The notes under the pieces were generated by a model, which was not told where the DNA came from, ran no database searches, and saw only the letters and a list, made by a program, of their open reading frames with translations. A stretch of 64,000 nt of DNA from Alphaproteobacteria bacterium. Its GTDB lineage: Bacteria > Pseudomonadota > Alphaproteobacteria > GCA-2731375. The translations under genes were made by a program, and so were the position numbers. The DNA is taken from NCBI GenBank assembly GCA_965225945.1, contig CBDDBZ010000028.1, positions 1 through 64,000 of the forward strand. Direction: 5' to 3'. Shown here in pieces: positions 11,277 through 20,006 of the stretch; position 1 is the first letter of the stretch; every line of letters begins with the position of its first letter.

Positions 11277-11984
11277 ATGAGCGCCGCCGCCTCGCCAGAC
11301 CCCGCCGAGGACACCATCGACGTCGCCGGCAACCTCGCCACGGTCCGGGCCGAGATCGCCGATGCCGCCACCGAGGCTGGCCGCGCGGCCGGAGAGATCG
11401 GCCTGGTCGCCGTGACCAAGACCCACGGGCCGGCGCGTATTCGCCCCGCCCTCGTCGCCGGCCATCGGCTGTTCGGCGAGAACCGGGTGCAGGAAGCCGA
11501 GCGGAAATGGCCGGACCTCCGCGCGGAATGGCCGGACTCGCGGCTGCATCTGGTCGGCCCGCTGCAGGGCAACAAGGCACGAAGCGCGGTCGAGCTGTTC
11601 GACTGCATCGAGACCATCGACCGGCCCCGGATCGCGCGCCGCGTCGCCGACGCGGTCCAGGCGACGGGGCACGGCCTCGACTGCTTCGTCCAGGTCAACA
11701 CCGGGGCGGAAGCGCAGAAGGCCGGCGTCATGCCGGAAGAGGCGGACGGCTTCATCGCCCAGTGCCGCGACGAATTCGGGCTCATCGTCGAGGGCTTGAT
11801 GTGCCTTCCCCCGCTCGACGAGGAGCCGTCGCTGCACTTCGCGCTGTTGGCCGGGATCGCGCGGCGGAACGCCGTCCCGGGGCTCTCGATGGGGATGAGC
11901 GCCGACTATCCCGTGGCCATCCAATTCGGCGCCACGTTGGTCCGCGTCGGCACCGCGATCTTCGGGCCGCGCGGCGCCTACTGA
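11277..11984 (+). CDS. yggS: PLP homeostasis protein, YggS family
   Basis: LVAVTKT, FGENRVQEA, GPLQGNK, LSMGMSAD, VRVGTAIFG. Confidence 0.95.
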   Translation: MSAAASPDPAEDTIDVAGNLATVRAEIADAATEAGRAAGEIGLVAVTKTHGPARIRPALVAGHRLFGENRVQEAERKWPDLRAEWPDSRLHLVGPLQGNKARSAVELFDCIETIDRPRIARRVADAVQATGHGLDCFVQVNTGAEAQKAGVMPEEADGFIAQCRDEFGLIVEGLMCLPPLDEEPSLHFALLAGIARRNAVPGLSMGMSADYPVAIQFGATLVRVGTAIFGPRGAY

Positions 11985-12526
11985 GCGGTTTCAGAGGGAT
12001 CCACCACGCGCAGCCGGCCGTCCGGCCCGACCAGCGCCAAGACCTCCAGCAGGTCCTCCGAGGCGAGCGCGACGCAGCCGGCGGTGGGGCCGAAGTCGGG
12101 CCGCGCCACGTGCAGGAAGATCGCGCTGCCGTGGCCGGGGACCACCGGATCGTCGTTGTGGCCCAGCACCACGACCAGGTCGTAGAGCCGGTCGCGCCGC
12201 CACATTGCCTCGGCGCTGGCCTCGTGCGGCAATTGGACCGGGCGGTTGTAATCCGGATCCTCCGGCGCATCGCACCAGCCGTCGTCGGGGCGGATCGGCG
12301 AGATCGTTAGCCCGGTCCGGGGGCGGATCAGCCGGTCGGGGCGGTAGAGCAGGCGGCGCAAGGCAAAGACGCCGACCGGCGTGGCGCCGTCACCCTCCCG
12401 CGTCTCGGTGGAGATACCGGCTCTGCCGAGGGCGCACCGGAGGACCCGGCCGGCGACACTCAGCCGGCCCTCGCTGACCTCGGCCTCGGCCGTGACGATC
12501 AGTTCCACCCCGTCCATCGCCGCCAA
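11978..12526 (-). CDS. L,D-transpeptidase family protein
   Basis: EGDGATP and GSAIFLH...TAGCVAL (His/Cys catalytic motif). Confidence 0.88.
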   Translation of the reverse strand: MAAMDGVELIVTAEAEVSEGRLSVAGRVLRCALGRAGISTETREGDGATPVGVFALRRLLYRPDRLIRPRTGLTISPIRPDDGWCDAPEDPDYNRPVQLPHEASAEAMWRRDRLYDLVVVLGHNDDPVVPGHGSAIFLHVARPDFGPTAGCVALASEDLLEVLALVGPDGRLRVVDPSETAQ

Positions 12527-12553
12527 CCCCGCTTTCGTTCGACGGGATCGAGC

Positions 12554-12696
12554 CTAGAACGGCATCGGTCCAAAAGGAAATCGCTTTCAGCGATCCAACT
12601 GGCGATTAAAGCGGCTCTGCCAACTTGGAAGAATAGAGAAATTTTATCCCAACGGATGGAACCGCACCGGTTCTATCCGTTCCGATATTGCTCTAG
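12554..12696. repeat. Degenerate CTAG-bounded palindromic intergenic element
   Basis: AT-richer 143-bp insert bounded by CTAG, with weak terminal inverted similarity and an internal 13-bp hairpin (AACGGATGGAACC/GGTTCTATCCGTT). Confidence 0.45.
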
Positions 12697-12706
12697 CGAC
12701 GGCACT

Positions 12707-13510
12707 TCAGTGGGTAAGCCGGCGGCTTTCGCGGGCCTCGCTCGCGCGGCGGGCGAGGCTGGCCTGCTCGCCGTGGCGCTCGGCCAACAGGCGATGGAGC
12801 TCGAGGGCGGCCCGGCGACGCTCGCCGCCGGCGCCGGCGAGCGTGGGCAATTCGCCGGGAACCGAGGCGGGCGTGGCGCGGCTCGGTGCCGGCGTGGCGC
12901 CGAGCTCGCGGACCAGGGCGTCGAAGGCTCGGGGGCTCAGGCGCGGGATCGCGCCGGTGGCGATCGCGGGCGGCCGGGCGACAGGCGTCGGCGCGCGCCG
13001 CGCCCGGGTGATGGCGGGGGGCGTGGCCAGCGGGGCGGCTACCGCCGGTGACGGAGCGACGACGGGCCTCGCCGAATTGTCGGCCAGGGCCACCGCTTGA
13101 ACCGCCGGAGGCGGCGCGCCCTCGGCGACGGTGGTCTCGGCCTCGCCGTCGGCCTCGCCCGTGAGCATGGCGATGGCGTGTTCACCGAGATCGCGTCCCG
13201 TCGCCTCGTCGGCGACCTGGTTGGCGACCGCCGCGATCAGACCCACGGGGCCGCCGAACAGTATCCCGCCGGCGATCCGCGCGGCGGGCGAAATGGTGTC
13301 GCCGGTGATCGCGCGATAGATCGGGCCGATGATCGGCAGGTGCTGCAGCGGATTGATGATGTCGAGGAAGTCGGCGAAGCTGAAACCGTCCGCGCCCCAG
13401 AACTGGGTGCCGTCGACCGGGGCCTCGGCGGCGGAGGTGCTCGCCTCGCCGCCGCTGGGCGCGAAGTCCGGGTTGTTGAGCGGGCGCGCCGCCGTGGTCG
13501 CGATTTCCAT
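12707..13510 (-). CDS. Conserved hypothetical protein with a Pro/Ala-rich tail
   Basis: Conserved-looking block FSFADFLDIINPLQHLPIIGPIYRAITGD...GGILFGGPVG. Confidence 0.7.
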   Translation of the reverse strand: MEIATTAARPLNNPDFAPSGGEASTSAAEAPVDGTQFWGADGFSFADFLDIINPLQHLPIIGPIYRAITGDTISPAARIAGGILFGGPVGLIAAVANQVADEATGRDLGEHAIAMLTGEADGEAETTVAEGAPPPAVQAVALADNSARPVVAPSPAVAAPLATPPAITRARRAPTPVARPPAIATGAIPRLSPRAFDALVRELGATPAPSRATPASVPGELPTLAGAGGERRRAALELHRLLAERHGEQASLARRASEARESRRLTH

Positions 13511-13737
13511 ATCGCGCGTAAGGTCGCAAGCCCCGTGCCAAGCCGCAACCGCTTGATTCCATGCCTCGATGCGCGATCCCAACGGCACAACCCGGCAACC
13601 CTTGCCGGGCGAGGCTCGGCCTCCCGGCCGATTTCGCCCGGCCAGGGCGCTCAGCTCATAGGAATCGACGTAAGTCCCGGCCGCGCTGCTGCAACGGCTT
13701 TGCGCCAACGACGTCGACGTCGCGGTCGGCCGCGTCG

Positions 13738-15294
13738 TCAAACTCCGCCGACCCGACTCTTCCGCCCCTTCCAATAGGGCGCGCGGAGGTCTTTCCGCAT
13801 GATCTTGCCGATCGGCGACTTCGGCAGCGGCCCGGTCTGGAATTCGACCGCCGCCAGCTTCTTGTAGGAGCCCAGGCGATCGGCGCAGAGCCGGATGATC
13901 TCTTCCGCCGCCACGGCCGCGCCTTCCGCCACCTGGCAGACCGCCATCGGCGTCTCGCCCCATTTTTCGTGCGGCACGCCGAAGACCGCCGCCTCGATCA
14001 CCGCCGGATGGTCCACGATCACGTTCTCCAGCTCGGCCGGATAAATGTTGAAGCCGCCCGAGATGATCATGTCGTTGGACCGATCCAGCATGTAGAGGTA
14101 GCCGTTCTGGTCGAGCATGCCGATGTCGCCGGTCTTCACCCAGCCGTCGACCATGCGTTCGCCCGTAGCCTCGGGATTGTTCCAGAAACCGGTCATTTGG
14201 CCATCGCAGCGGACCACGATCTCGCCCTCGGAGCCCAACGGCAGGCGCCGGTTCGACTCGTCCCAAATCTCGATCTCGGCGAAGGGCAGCGCCCGGCCGC
14301 AGGCGCGCAAGGGCTCCGAGCCCTCGATCTCGGCGAACCATTCGCCGGGCCCCATCATCGCCGCCGGCACCGCCTCGGTCTGCCCGTAGAGCTGATAGAG
14401 CACGTCGCCCATGAGTTCGCGGGCGGTGAGCGCGGTCTTGTCGGTGATCGCCGCCGCCGCCGTCTGCAGGCACTCGAGGCGGGAGAAGTCGCGCGGCGCA
14501 CGACCCGCCTCCCGCTCGGCCAGCAGCACGGTATTGATCAAATTGATCATCGTCGGCACCAGGAAGGTCATCTTGATGGCTTCGCGCTCCAAGGTCTCGA
14601 TCGTGCCGGCAGCGTTGAAACCGTCCATCAGCACCGCCGCCCCGCCGCCGAGCCATACCGGCACGAAGAGATAGCCGGAGGCATGGCTGATCGGCGCCAC
14701 GTGCAGGAACTTGTCGCCCGGCCCCATGGTCGGCAGCGCATAGGTCCAATCGCGCCCGGCCGCGAGCCAGGCCTTGTGGGTATAGGCGACCCCCTTGGAG
14801 GGCCCGGTGGTGCCGCCGGTGTGGCGGATGATGTAAATATCGTCCGGGGCGACGGGGATCAGGGGGTCGCCATCGTCGTGGCCGGCGAGCCAGGCCTCGT
14901 AGTCCTGGCCGCGGAAGACGATTCCGCCCAGATCCGGCAGCGCTTCGATCAGGCCCTCGACCTCGCCCGCGTATTTCTCGTCGACGATGGCGAGGCGGCA
15001 GTTGGTGTGGCGCATCATGTGGATTTGCGCCTCGCGCCCGTTCCGGGGGTAGAGCGGTACCCGCACCACGTTGGCGATCGCCGCGCCGAGGAAGAGGTCG
15101 ACGCAGGCGAGCCCGTTGTCCTCCAGCGAGGCGACCCGCTCGCCAGGGCCGAGGCCGAGGCCGATCAGGGCGTTCGCCATCCGGCAGCCCCGGGCCCAGG
15201 CCTCGCGATAGCTGAACCGCCGCTCGCCCATGATCGCCGCCGGCAGGTCGGCATGAAAGATGGCGGAGCGGCGCATCTGATCGGTGACGTTCAT
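13738..15294 (-). CDS. AMP-dependent acyl-CoA synthetase/ligase
   Basis: TGGTTGPSKG, YGQTE, TGDIG, IISGGFNIYPAELE, PKSPIGK. Confidence 0.92.
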   Translation of the reverse strand: MNVTDQMRRSAIFHADLPAAIMGERRFSYREAWARGCRMANALIGLGLGPGERVASLEDNGLACVDLFLGAAIANVVRVPLYPRNGREAQIHMMRHTNCRLAIVDEKYAGEVEGLIEALPDLGGIVFRGQDYEAWLAGHDDGDPLIPVAPDDIYIIRHTGGTTGPSKGVAYTHKAWLAAGRDWTYALPTMGPGDKFLHVAPISHASGYLFVPVWLGGGAAVLMDGFNAAGTIETLEREAIKMTFLVPTMINLINTVLLAEREAGRAPRDFSRLECLQTAAAAITDKTALTARELMGDVLYQLYGQTEAVPAAMMGPGEWFAEIEGSEPLRACGRALPFAEIEIWDESNRRLPLGSEGEIVVRCDGQMTGFWNNPEATGERMVDGWVKTGDIGMLDQNGYLYMLDRSNDMIISGGFNIYPAELENVIVDHPAVIEAAVFGVPHEKWGETPMAVCQVAEGAAVAAEEIIRLCADRLGSYKKLAAVEFQTGPLPKSPIGKIMRKDLRAPYWKGRKSRVGGV

Positions 15295-15328
15295 CGCCCC
15301 TCCGTCGTTCGTTCCCGAGGCATTAGCG

Positions 15329-16435
15329 CTATTCCGCCGCCATGAGAGCCCTCGGCGCCGGCATCGCGACGTCACAAATCTCCGCCAGCGGCTTGCCGAA
15401 GTGGGTCTCGATCATCGGCACGACCAGAGTGGCGAATTGCTCCATCGAGCTCACCACCGCCGTGCTCGCCAAATCGGCGACGGCGAAATAGATGGCCATG
15501 TGACTCGGGCCGTAGAGCTCGATCTCCCGGCACAGCCGTTCGGCCACCACTTCGGCGCTTCCGACGACGATGTTCTCCGCGATCTTTTCGAGCGACGGTT
15601 CCTCCGGGAACGGGACCTCGTCGACCATGTAGTCGTCCACCATGGTCTCGCGGCGGTGGCGGAGCGCCATGGCGATGCGCTTCTGGAATCGCGCCCCGTC
15701 GACGTAGCGCTCGATTTGGGCGCGGTCGTCGCCGACGCAGACGAAGCGGAGCACGCCCAAGGGAATCGTATCAGGGTCCTTGCCTTCGTCCCGGTAGCAC
15801 TGCTCGACCTGGTCGCGCATCCGCTTGATCCGCTCCGGGCTCTCGATTCCGCCGGAGATGAAGGGCACATAGCCGTCCCGCGCGCAGCGCCGGTGGCTGT
15901 TCGGATCGGCGCCGGCGATCCAGATCGGCGGGCGCGGCAACTGCACCGGGCGGACGTTGATCGCCGTGGGCAACTGTTCGAAAAATTCGCCCCGGTAGCT
16001 GAAGTTCGGCTGCCGCAGGCCGAGGTCGATCATGTCGAGCATTTCGTTGAAGACGACCTTGTTCCGCGACATCTCCGCGCCCAGCCGCTCGAACTCGTAG
16101 GTCTGGTAGCCGCTGCCGACGCCGACGTCGAGCCGCCCGCCGGAGAGTGCATCGACCAGCGCGATCTCCGCGATCAGGCGAGCCGGCGCGTGCAGCGGCA
16201 GGATCAGCACCGCGCAGCCGACCCGGATGCGGCTCGTCATGGCCGCGGCCTGGGTGCAGAAGATCAACGGCGAGGGACACAGGCTGTAGTTGGAGAAATG
16301 GTGCTCGGCGAACCAGACCCGGCCAAAGCCCAGCTCCTCGGCGAGCCGCGTGTGCGCCAAGGCCTCCTCGATCACCTCGAGCGGTGACTTGGCGCGGTCG
16401 CGATGCTGCAGCAGATTGAAGACGCCGAAATCCAT
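15329..16435 (-). CDS. Luciferase-like (LLM) flavin-dependent oxidoreductase
   Basis: AEELGF..VWFAEHHF, SGGRLDVGVGSG, PPIWIAG. Confidence 0.9.
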   Translation of the reverse strand: MDFGVFNLLQHRDRAKSPLEVIEEALAHTRLAEELGFGRVWFAEHHFSNYSLCPSPLIFCTQAAAMTSRIRVGCAVLILPLHAPARLIAEIALVDALSGGRLDVGVGSGYQTYEFERLGAEMSRNKVVFNEMLDMIDLGLRQPNFSYRGEFFEQLPTAINVRPVQLPRPPIWIAGADPNSHRRCARDGYVPFISGGIESPERIKRMRDQVEQCYRDEGKDPDTIPLGVLRFVCVGDDRAQIERYVDGARFQKRIAMALRHRRETMVDDYMVDEVPFPEEPSLEKIAENIVVGSAEVVAERLCREIELYGPSHMAIYFAVADLASTAVVSSMEQFATLVVPMIETHFGKPLAEICDVAMPAPRALMAAE

Positions 16436-16567
16436 GAAGTTCCTCGTTTGTCGATGGCGATCCGGCACGTCGCCAGAGCCTAGCGAACCGCCCGCGCCCC
16501 GTCCAACCGGCCGGGGCGTCTGCTATCATGGCGCCCGGCGCGGCAACGGGGATGGGGAGCGGCAGGG

Positions 16568-17416
16568 ATGGCCAAGTTGCGGGGCAAGGTCGCGCTGGTG
16601 ACCGGGGCGAGCCGCGGCATCGGGCAGGCGATCGCCGAGCGCTTCGCCGCCGAGGGGGCAGTTGTGATCTGTGCCGCGCGTACCGTCGCGGACGGCGACC
16701 ATCCGCTGGAAAGCTCGCTCACCCGCACCGTCGAGGCGATCCGCGCCCAGGGCGGCGAGGCGACGGCGGTTTCCGCCGACGTCTCCGAGGAAGCCTCCTG
16801 TCTCGCCCTGGTGGAGCAGGCCCGGAGGCACTACGGGCCAATCGACGTCCTGGTCAACAACGCCGCCCTCAATTATTACATCCCGACCGTCGACTATCCG
16901 ACCAAGCGCTGGATCCGCGCCTTCGCGGTCAACCTCCACGGCCCCTTCATCCTCGCCAAGGCGGTTCTGCCCGAGATGATCGAGGGCCGGGGCGGCCACA
17001 TCGTCAACATCGGCTCGGGCGCGGCGATCGGCCCGGGCCGGGGCCCCTACGAGGACCAGACGGTGCGCGGCGGGGTGATGTACGGCGCGGCTAAGGCCGC
17101 GCTCGAGCGCTTCACCCAGGGCCTGGCGCAGGAGGTCGCGGCGCATGGCGATATCGCGGTGAGCTGCGTCTCGCCCAGCCGCGTGGTGTTGACGCCGGGC
17201 ACCGTATACCACCACTTGGTCGACGGCCCGGACGACCCGCGCGGCGAACCGCCCGAATTGATGGCGCTGGCCGCCCTGCTGCTGGCGAGCGAGCCGGCGG
17301 CGAGCGTGAACGGCCGCGTCACTTACAGCCAACAGATCCTGAAGGAGTTCGGCTGGATCGAGGAGGCGGTCGGCCGGGGTGTCGACAGCGAGGGCTCGGG
17401 GTATTCGCAGATCTAG
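16568..17416 (+). CDS. Short-chain dehydrogenase/reductase
   Basis: TGASRGIG, LVNNA, YGAAK. Confidence 0.92.
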   Translation: MAKLRGKVALVTGASRGIGQAIAERFAAEGAVVICAARTVADGDHPLESSLTRTVEAIRAQGGEATAVSADVSEEASCLALVEQARRHYGPIDVLVNNAALNYYIPTVDYPTKRWIRAFAVNLHGPFILAKAVLPEMIEGRGGHIVNIGSGAAIGPGRGPYEDQTVRGGVMYGAAKAALERFTQGLAQEVAAHGDIAVSCVSPSRVVLTPGTVYHHLVDGPDDPRGEPPELMALAALLLASEPAASVNGRVTYSQQILKEFGWIEEAVGRGVDSEGSGYSQI

Positions 17417-17446
17417 CCGATCCCCGGTCCTCCGGCGCCGTCGCGA

Positions 17447-19510
17447 TCAACGAAGGGCAGCGGCGATATTGCCTCCGTCGACGGTCAGCACGGCGCCGGT
17501 GGTCGCTTCCGCCAAGGCCAGAGCGACGAACGCCTTGGCGACATCGTCGACTTTCACTTCCCGCTTCAGTAGATTGTCGCTTTGTAGGTATTCCTCGACG
17601 CCGATACCGCGGGCGGCGGCGCGTTCCTCCAGAAGACCGTTCGCGAACAACCCCGTATTGACCCGATCTGCGTTGACCGCGTTCGAGCGTATTCCGAGTT
17701 CACCATATTCGAGCGCATACTGCCGTGAAAGTAACAGCGTGGCCGCCTTCGGCAGGCCATACGGCCCGAACCCCTTTCCCGGATTGACCGCTTGTTTCGA
17801 TGCATTGAACAATAAAACACCACCCGTATTCTGGAGCTTGAAAATTCTGACGGCGTTTTGAGCAACCGTTTGATGCGAAAAGAAATTCAGCTCGAAACTT
17901 ATCCGTAGCGTCGCTTCCGAGACGTCGCCAATTTTGCCTTGCCATGCGGCGCCGGCATTCGATATGACAATATCGATTCCGCCAAAACCCGTGCAGGTCT
18001 CATCGAAGGCCTCGCGTACGCTGTCGGGGTCCGTCACATCGCATCGGATCGAGAGAGCGGCACTTCCAATCTGCTCTCGGACCGCCTCCGCTCGATCGAT
18101 ATCATAATCGACGATCGACACATGCGCGCCACGATCCGCGAATTCTCGCGCCGTCGCCGCGCCGATTCCCCCACCACCGCCGGTGATCAAGACAATGTGA
18201 CCCTCCAAGGATTTCGGCGTGGATTTGCCGAGCTTGGCTTGCTCCAGTGACCAGTATTCCAGATCGAACATATCGCCTTCACTGGCGGGACAATGGTTGC
18301 CGATCGATTCGGCATCGGTGATGACTTCGATGTTGTTTTCCTCGAGATCGGCGGCGATGCAAGCATCCTTGGCCGACTTGCCGCCACCGAACATTCCCAT
18401 TCCAGGCACCAAAACGATCTTTGGGATCGGGTCGAGCTTTGTCTTTTTATGCCCCCGTATTCCGTTATATTTTTCGAAGTATTCATTATATTCGGAGATG
18501 TAATTTTTCACGGATGATTTAATGGAATCACCGTATTCCGCGAGTGATCCAGTTTCGGGTGCCGGGAGGATCAGTGGTATATTTTTTATCCTTATCGTAT
18601 GATCCGGCGTTACGACACCTTGTTGGCTATAACGAGTCACCTCCGCGCCGTCGACATAGTTCAAGATTGTCTCGCTGGAGCGATATTCCAGAATTACTCT
18701 ATTCTTCGAATTTCTAGAAGTTTCGTCGCCCCCCGATAACGCACCACGAATTATCGGCGCGACATCGGCGACCTCCGCCACGTTTGGAGGAAGCTCGGCG
18801 CGTGTGAAGGCGGTATCGCGGTTATCGGCTAAATAGTCTTCCGCAATCGATACCAGATCAATCATTCGTTCGTAAGATTCGCGAGCCGAACCAGCAAAAC
18901 TGAAGATTCCATGCTTCAACAGAATCAGCCCCTTGGTCCCTGGATTGGATTGATATATCTCGGCTGCCTTTTTTGCCAATTCAAACCCAGGCATGACATA
19001 GGGAACCAAAGCCGCTTCGTCACCAAAAACCTTTCGGCAAATGTCCTCGCCGTTAGCTTGATTGGTCAAGGACAGAACCGCGGTCGAATGTGAATGATCG
19101 ACGAATTTTTCAGGAATGAATGCGTGGAGCAACGTTTCCACCGAGGGATTTGGAGAGTTCGAATCGAGCAAGCAGCCCCGCATGAAGCTCACCATATCCT
19201 CATCGGAGAGCTCTTCCAGATTCCGGGCCTTCCCCAGGGGCGCCAGCTTCAAGGCAGGCAAACCCGCCGGCTCGATGTCGGCGAGGTCCCAGCCGCTGCC
19301 CTTGACACAGAGAACCGCTACCTCCTCGCCCAACACGTCGCGCATCGTGCTTTTTACCGAAGTATTGCCTCCACCGTGAAGCACGAGTTTCGGATCCCTC
19401 CCGAGAAGACGCGATGTATAGATACGAAGTGCGATATCGACGCTTACACCTTTTTCCTCGTAATCCAAGATGACCTTATTGGCGTCCTCGTCACACCACC
19501 GACTTTCCAT
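17447..19510 (-). CDS. Bifunctional class II aldolase/short-chain dehydrogenase (RhaAD-like)
   Basis: LHGGGNTSVK, PSVETLLH, DHSH, EYWSLEQAKL, then the SDR motifs TGGGGGIG and YGLPK. Markedly lower GC than its neighbours. Confidence 0.9.
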   Translation of the reverse strand: MESRWCDEDANKVILDYEEKGVSVDIALRIYTSRLLGRDPKLVLHGGGNTSVKSTMRDVLGEEVAVLCVKGSGWDLADIEPAGLPALKLAPLGKARNLEELSDEDMVSFMRGCLLDSNSPNPSVETLLHAFIPEKFVDHSHSTAVLSLTNQANGEDICRKVFGDEAALVPYVMPGFELAKKAAEIYQSNPGTKGLILLKHGIFSFAGSARESYERMIDLVSIAEDYLADNRDTAFTRAELPPNVAEVADVAPIIRGALSGGDETSRNSKNRVILEYRSSETILNYVDGAEVTRYSQQGVVTPDHTIRIKNIPLILPAPETGSLAEYGDSIKSSVKNYISEYNEYFEKYNGIRGHKKTKLDPIPKIVLVPGMGMFGGGKSAKDACIAADLEENNIEVITDAESIGNHCPASEGDMFDLEYWSLEQAKLGKSTPKSLEGHIVLITGGGGGIGAATAREFADRGAHVSIVDYDIDRAEAVREQIGSAALSIRCDVTDPDSVREAFDETCTGFGGIDIVISNAGAAWQGKIGDVSEATLRISFELNFFSHQTVAQNAVRIFKLQNTGGVLLFNASKQAVNPGKGFGPYGLPKAATLLLSRQYALEYGELGIRSNAVNADRVNTGLFANGLLEERAAARGIGVEEYLQSDNLLKREVKVDDVAKAFVALALAEATTGAVLTVDGGNIAAALR

Positions 19511-19742
19511 TGAACACTCCTCCGAGGGTCGCGGATTGCGGGCGTCAGAATAGCCATCTGGTCTTTGCGCCGCAATGTAGGGCCGATTCCTGGCCGTGCC
19601 GTATCCGGCGAGCCGACCCCGGGGTGATTTCGAGTCGCCCTGGGCACCAGCTCCCTCGACCCCCCCCCAACGAAGAAGGCCGGCCCGGGCATCCCCCCGA
19701 GCCGGCCCCCCTCGAAGAACCAGGCGAAACCCTCGCCGAGCC

Positions 19743-20003
19743 CTACCCCCCGCCGAGCGCGGGGAGGAAATACACCTCCGAGCCCGCTTCCAGGCTTTCG
19801 AGATAGGCGTCCTCGTGGATCTCGCCGTCGATGGCCACGGACATCCCCGCCATGAGCTGCTCGCCGATACCGGGGAAGCGTGCGTCAAGCTGGCGAATCA
19901 GGTCACGCACGCTCCGGCAATCGATGGTGAACTCGAGCTCGCCGTCGGCGAAGGCCCGGCCCAGCTCCCGCGTCAGCACCACCTTGGCCACCGTTTCGTC
20001 CAA
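19743..20003 (-). CDS. MoaD/ThiS-family sulfur-carrier protein
   Basis: 86 aa, VAIDG motif and C-terminal GG, directly downstream of the molybdoenzyme genes. Confidence 0.85.
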   Translation of the reverse strand: MDETVAKVVLTRELGRAFADGELEFTIDCRSVRDLIRQLDARFPGIGEQLMAGMSVAIDGEIHEDAYLESLEAGSEVYFLPALGGG

Positions 20004-20006
20004 CCT

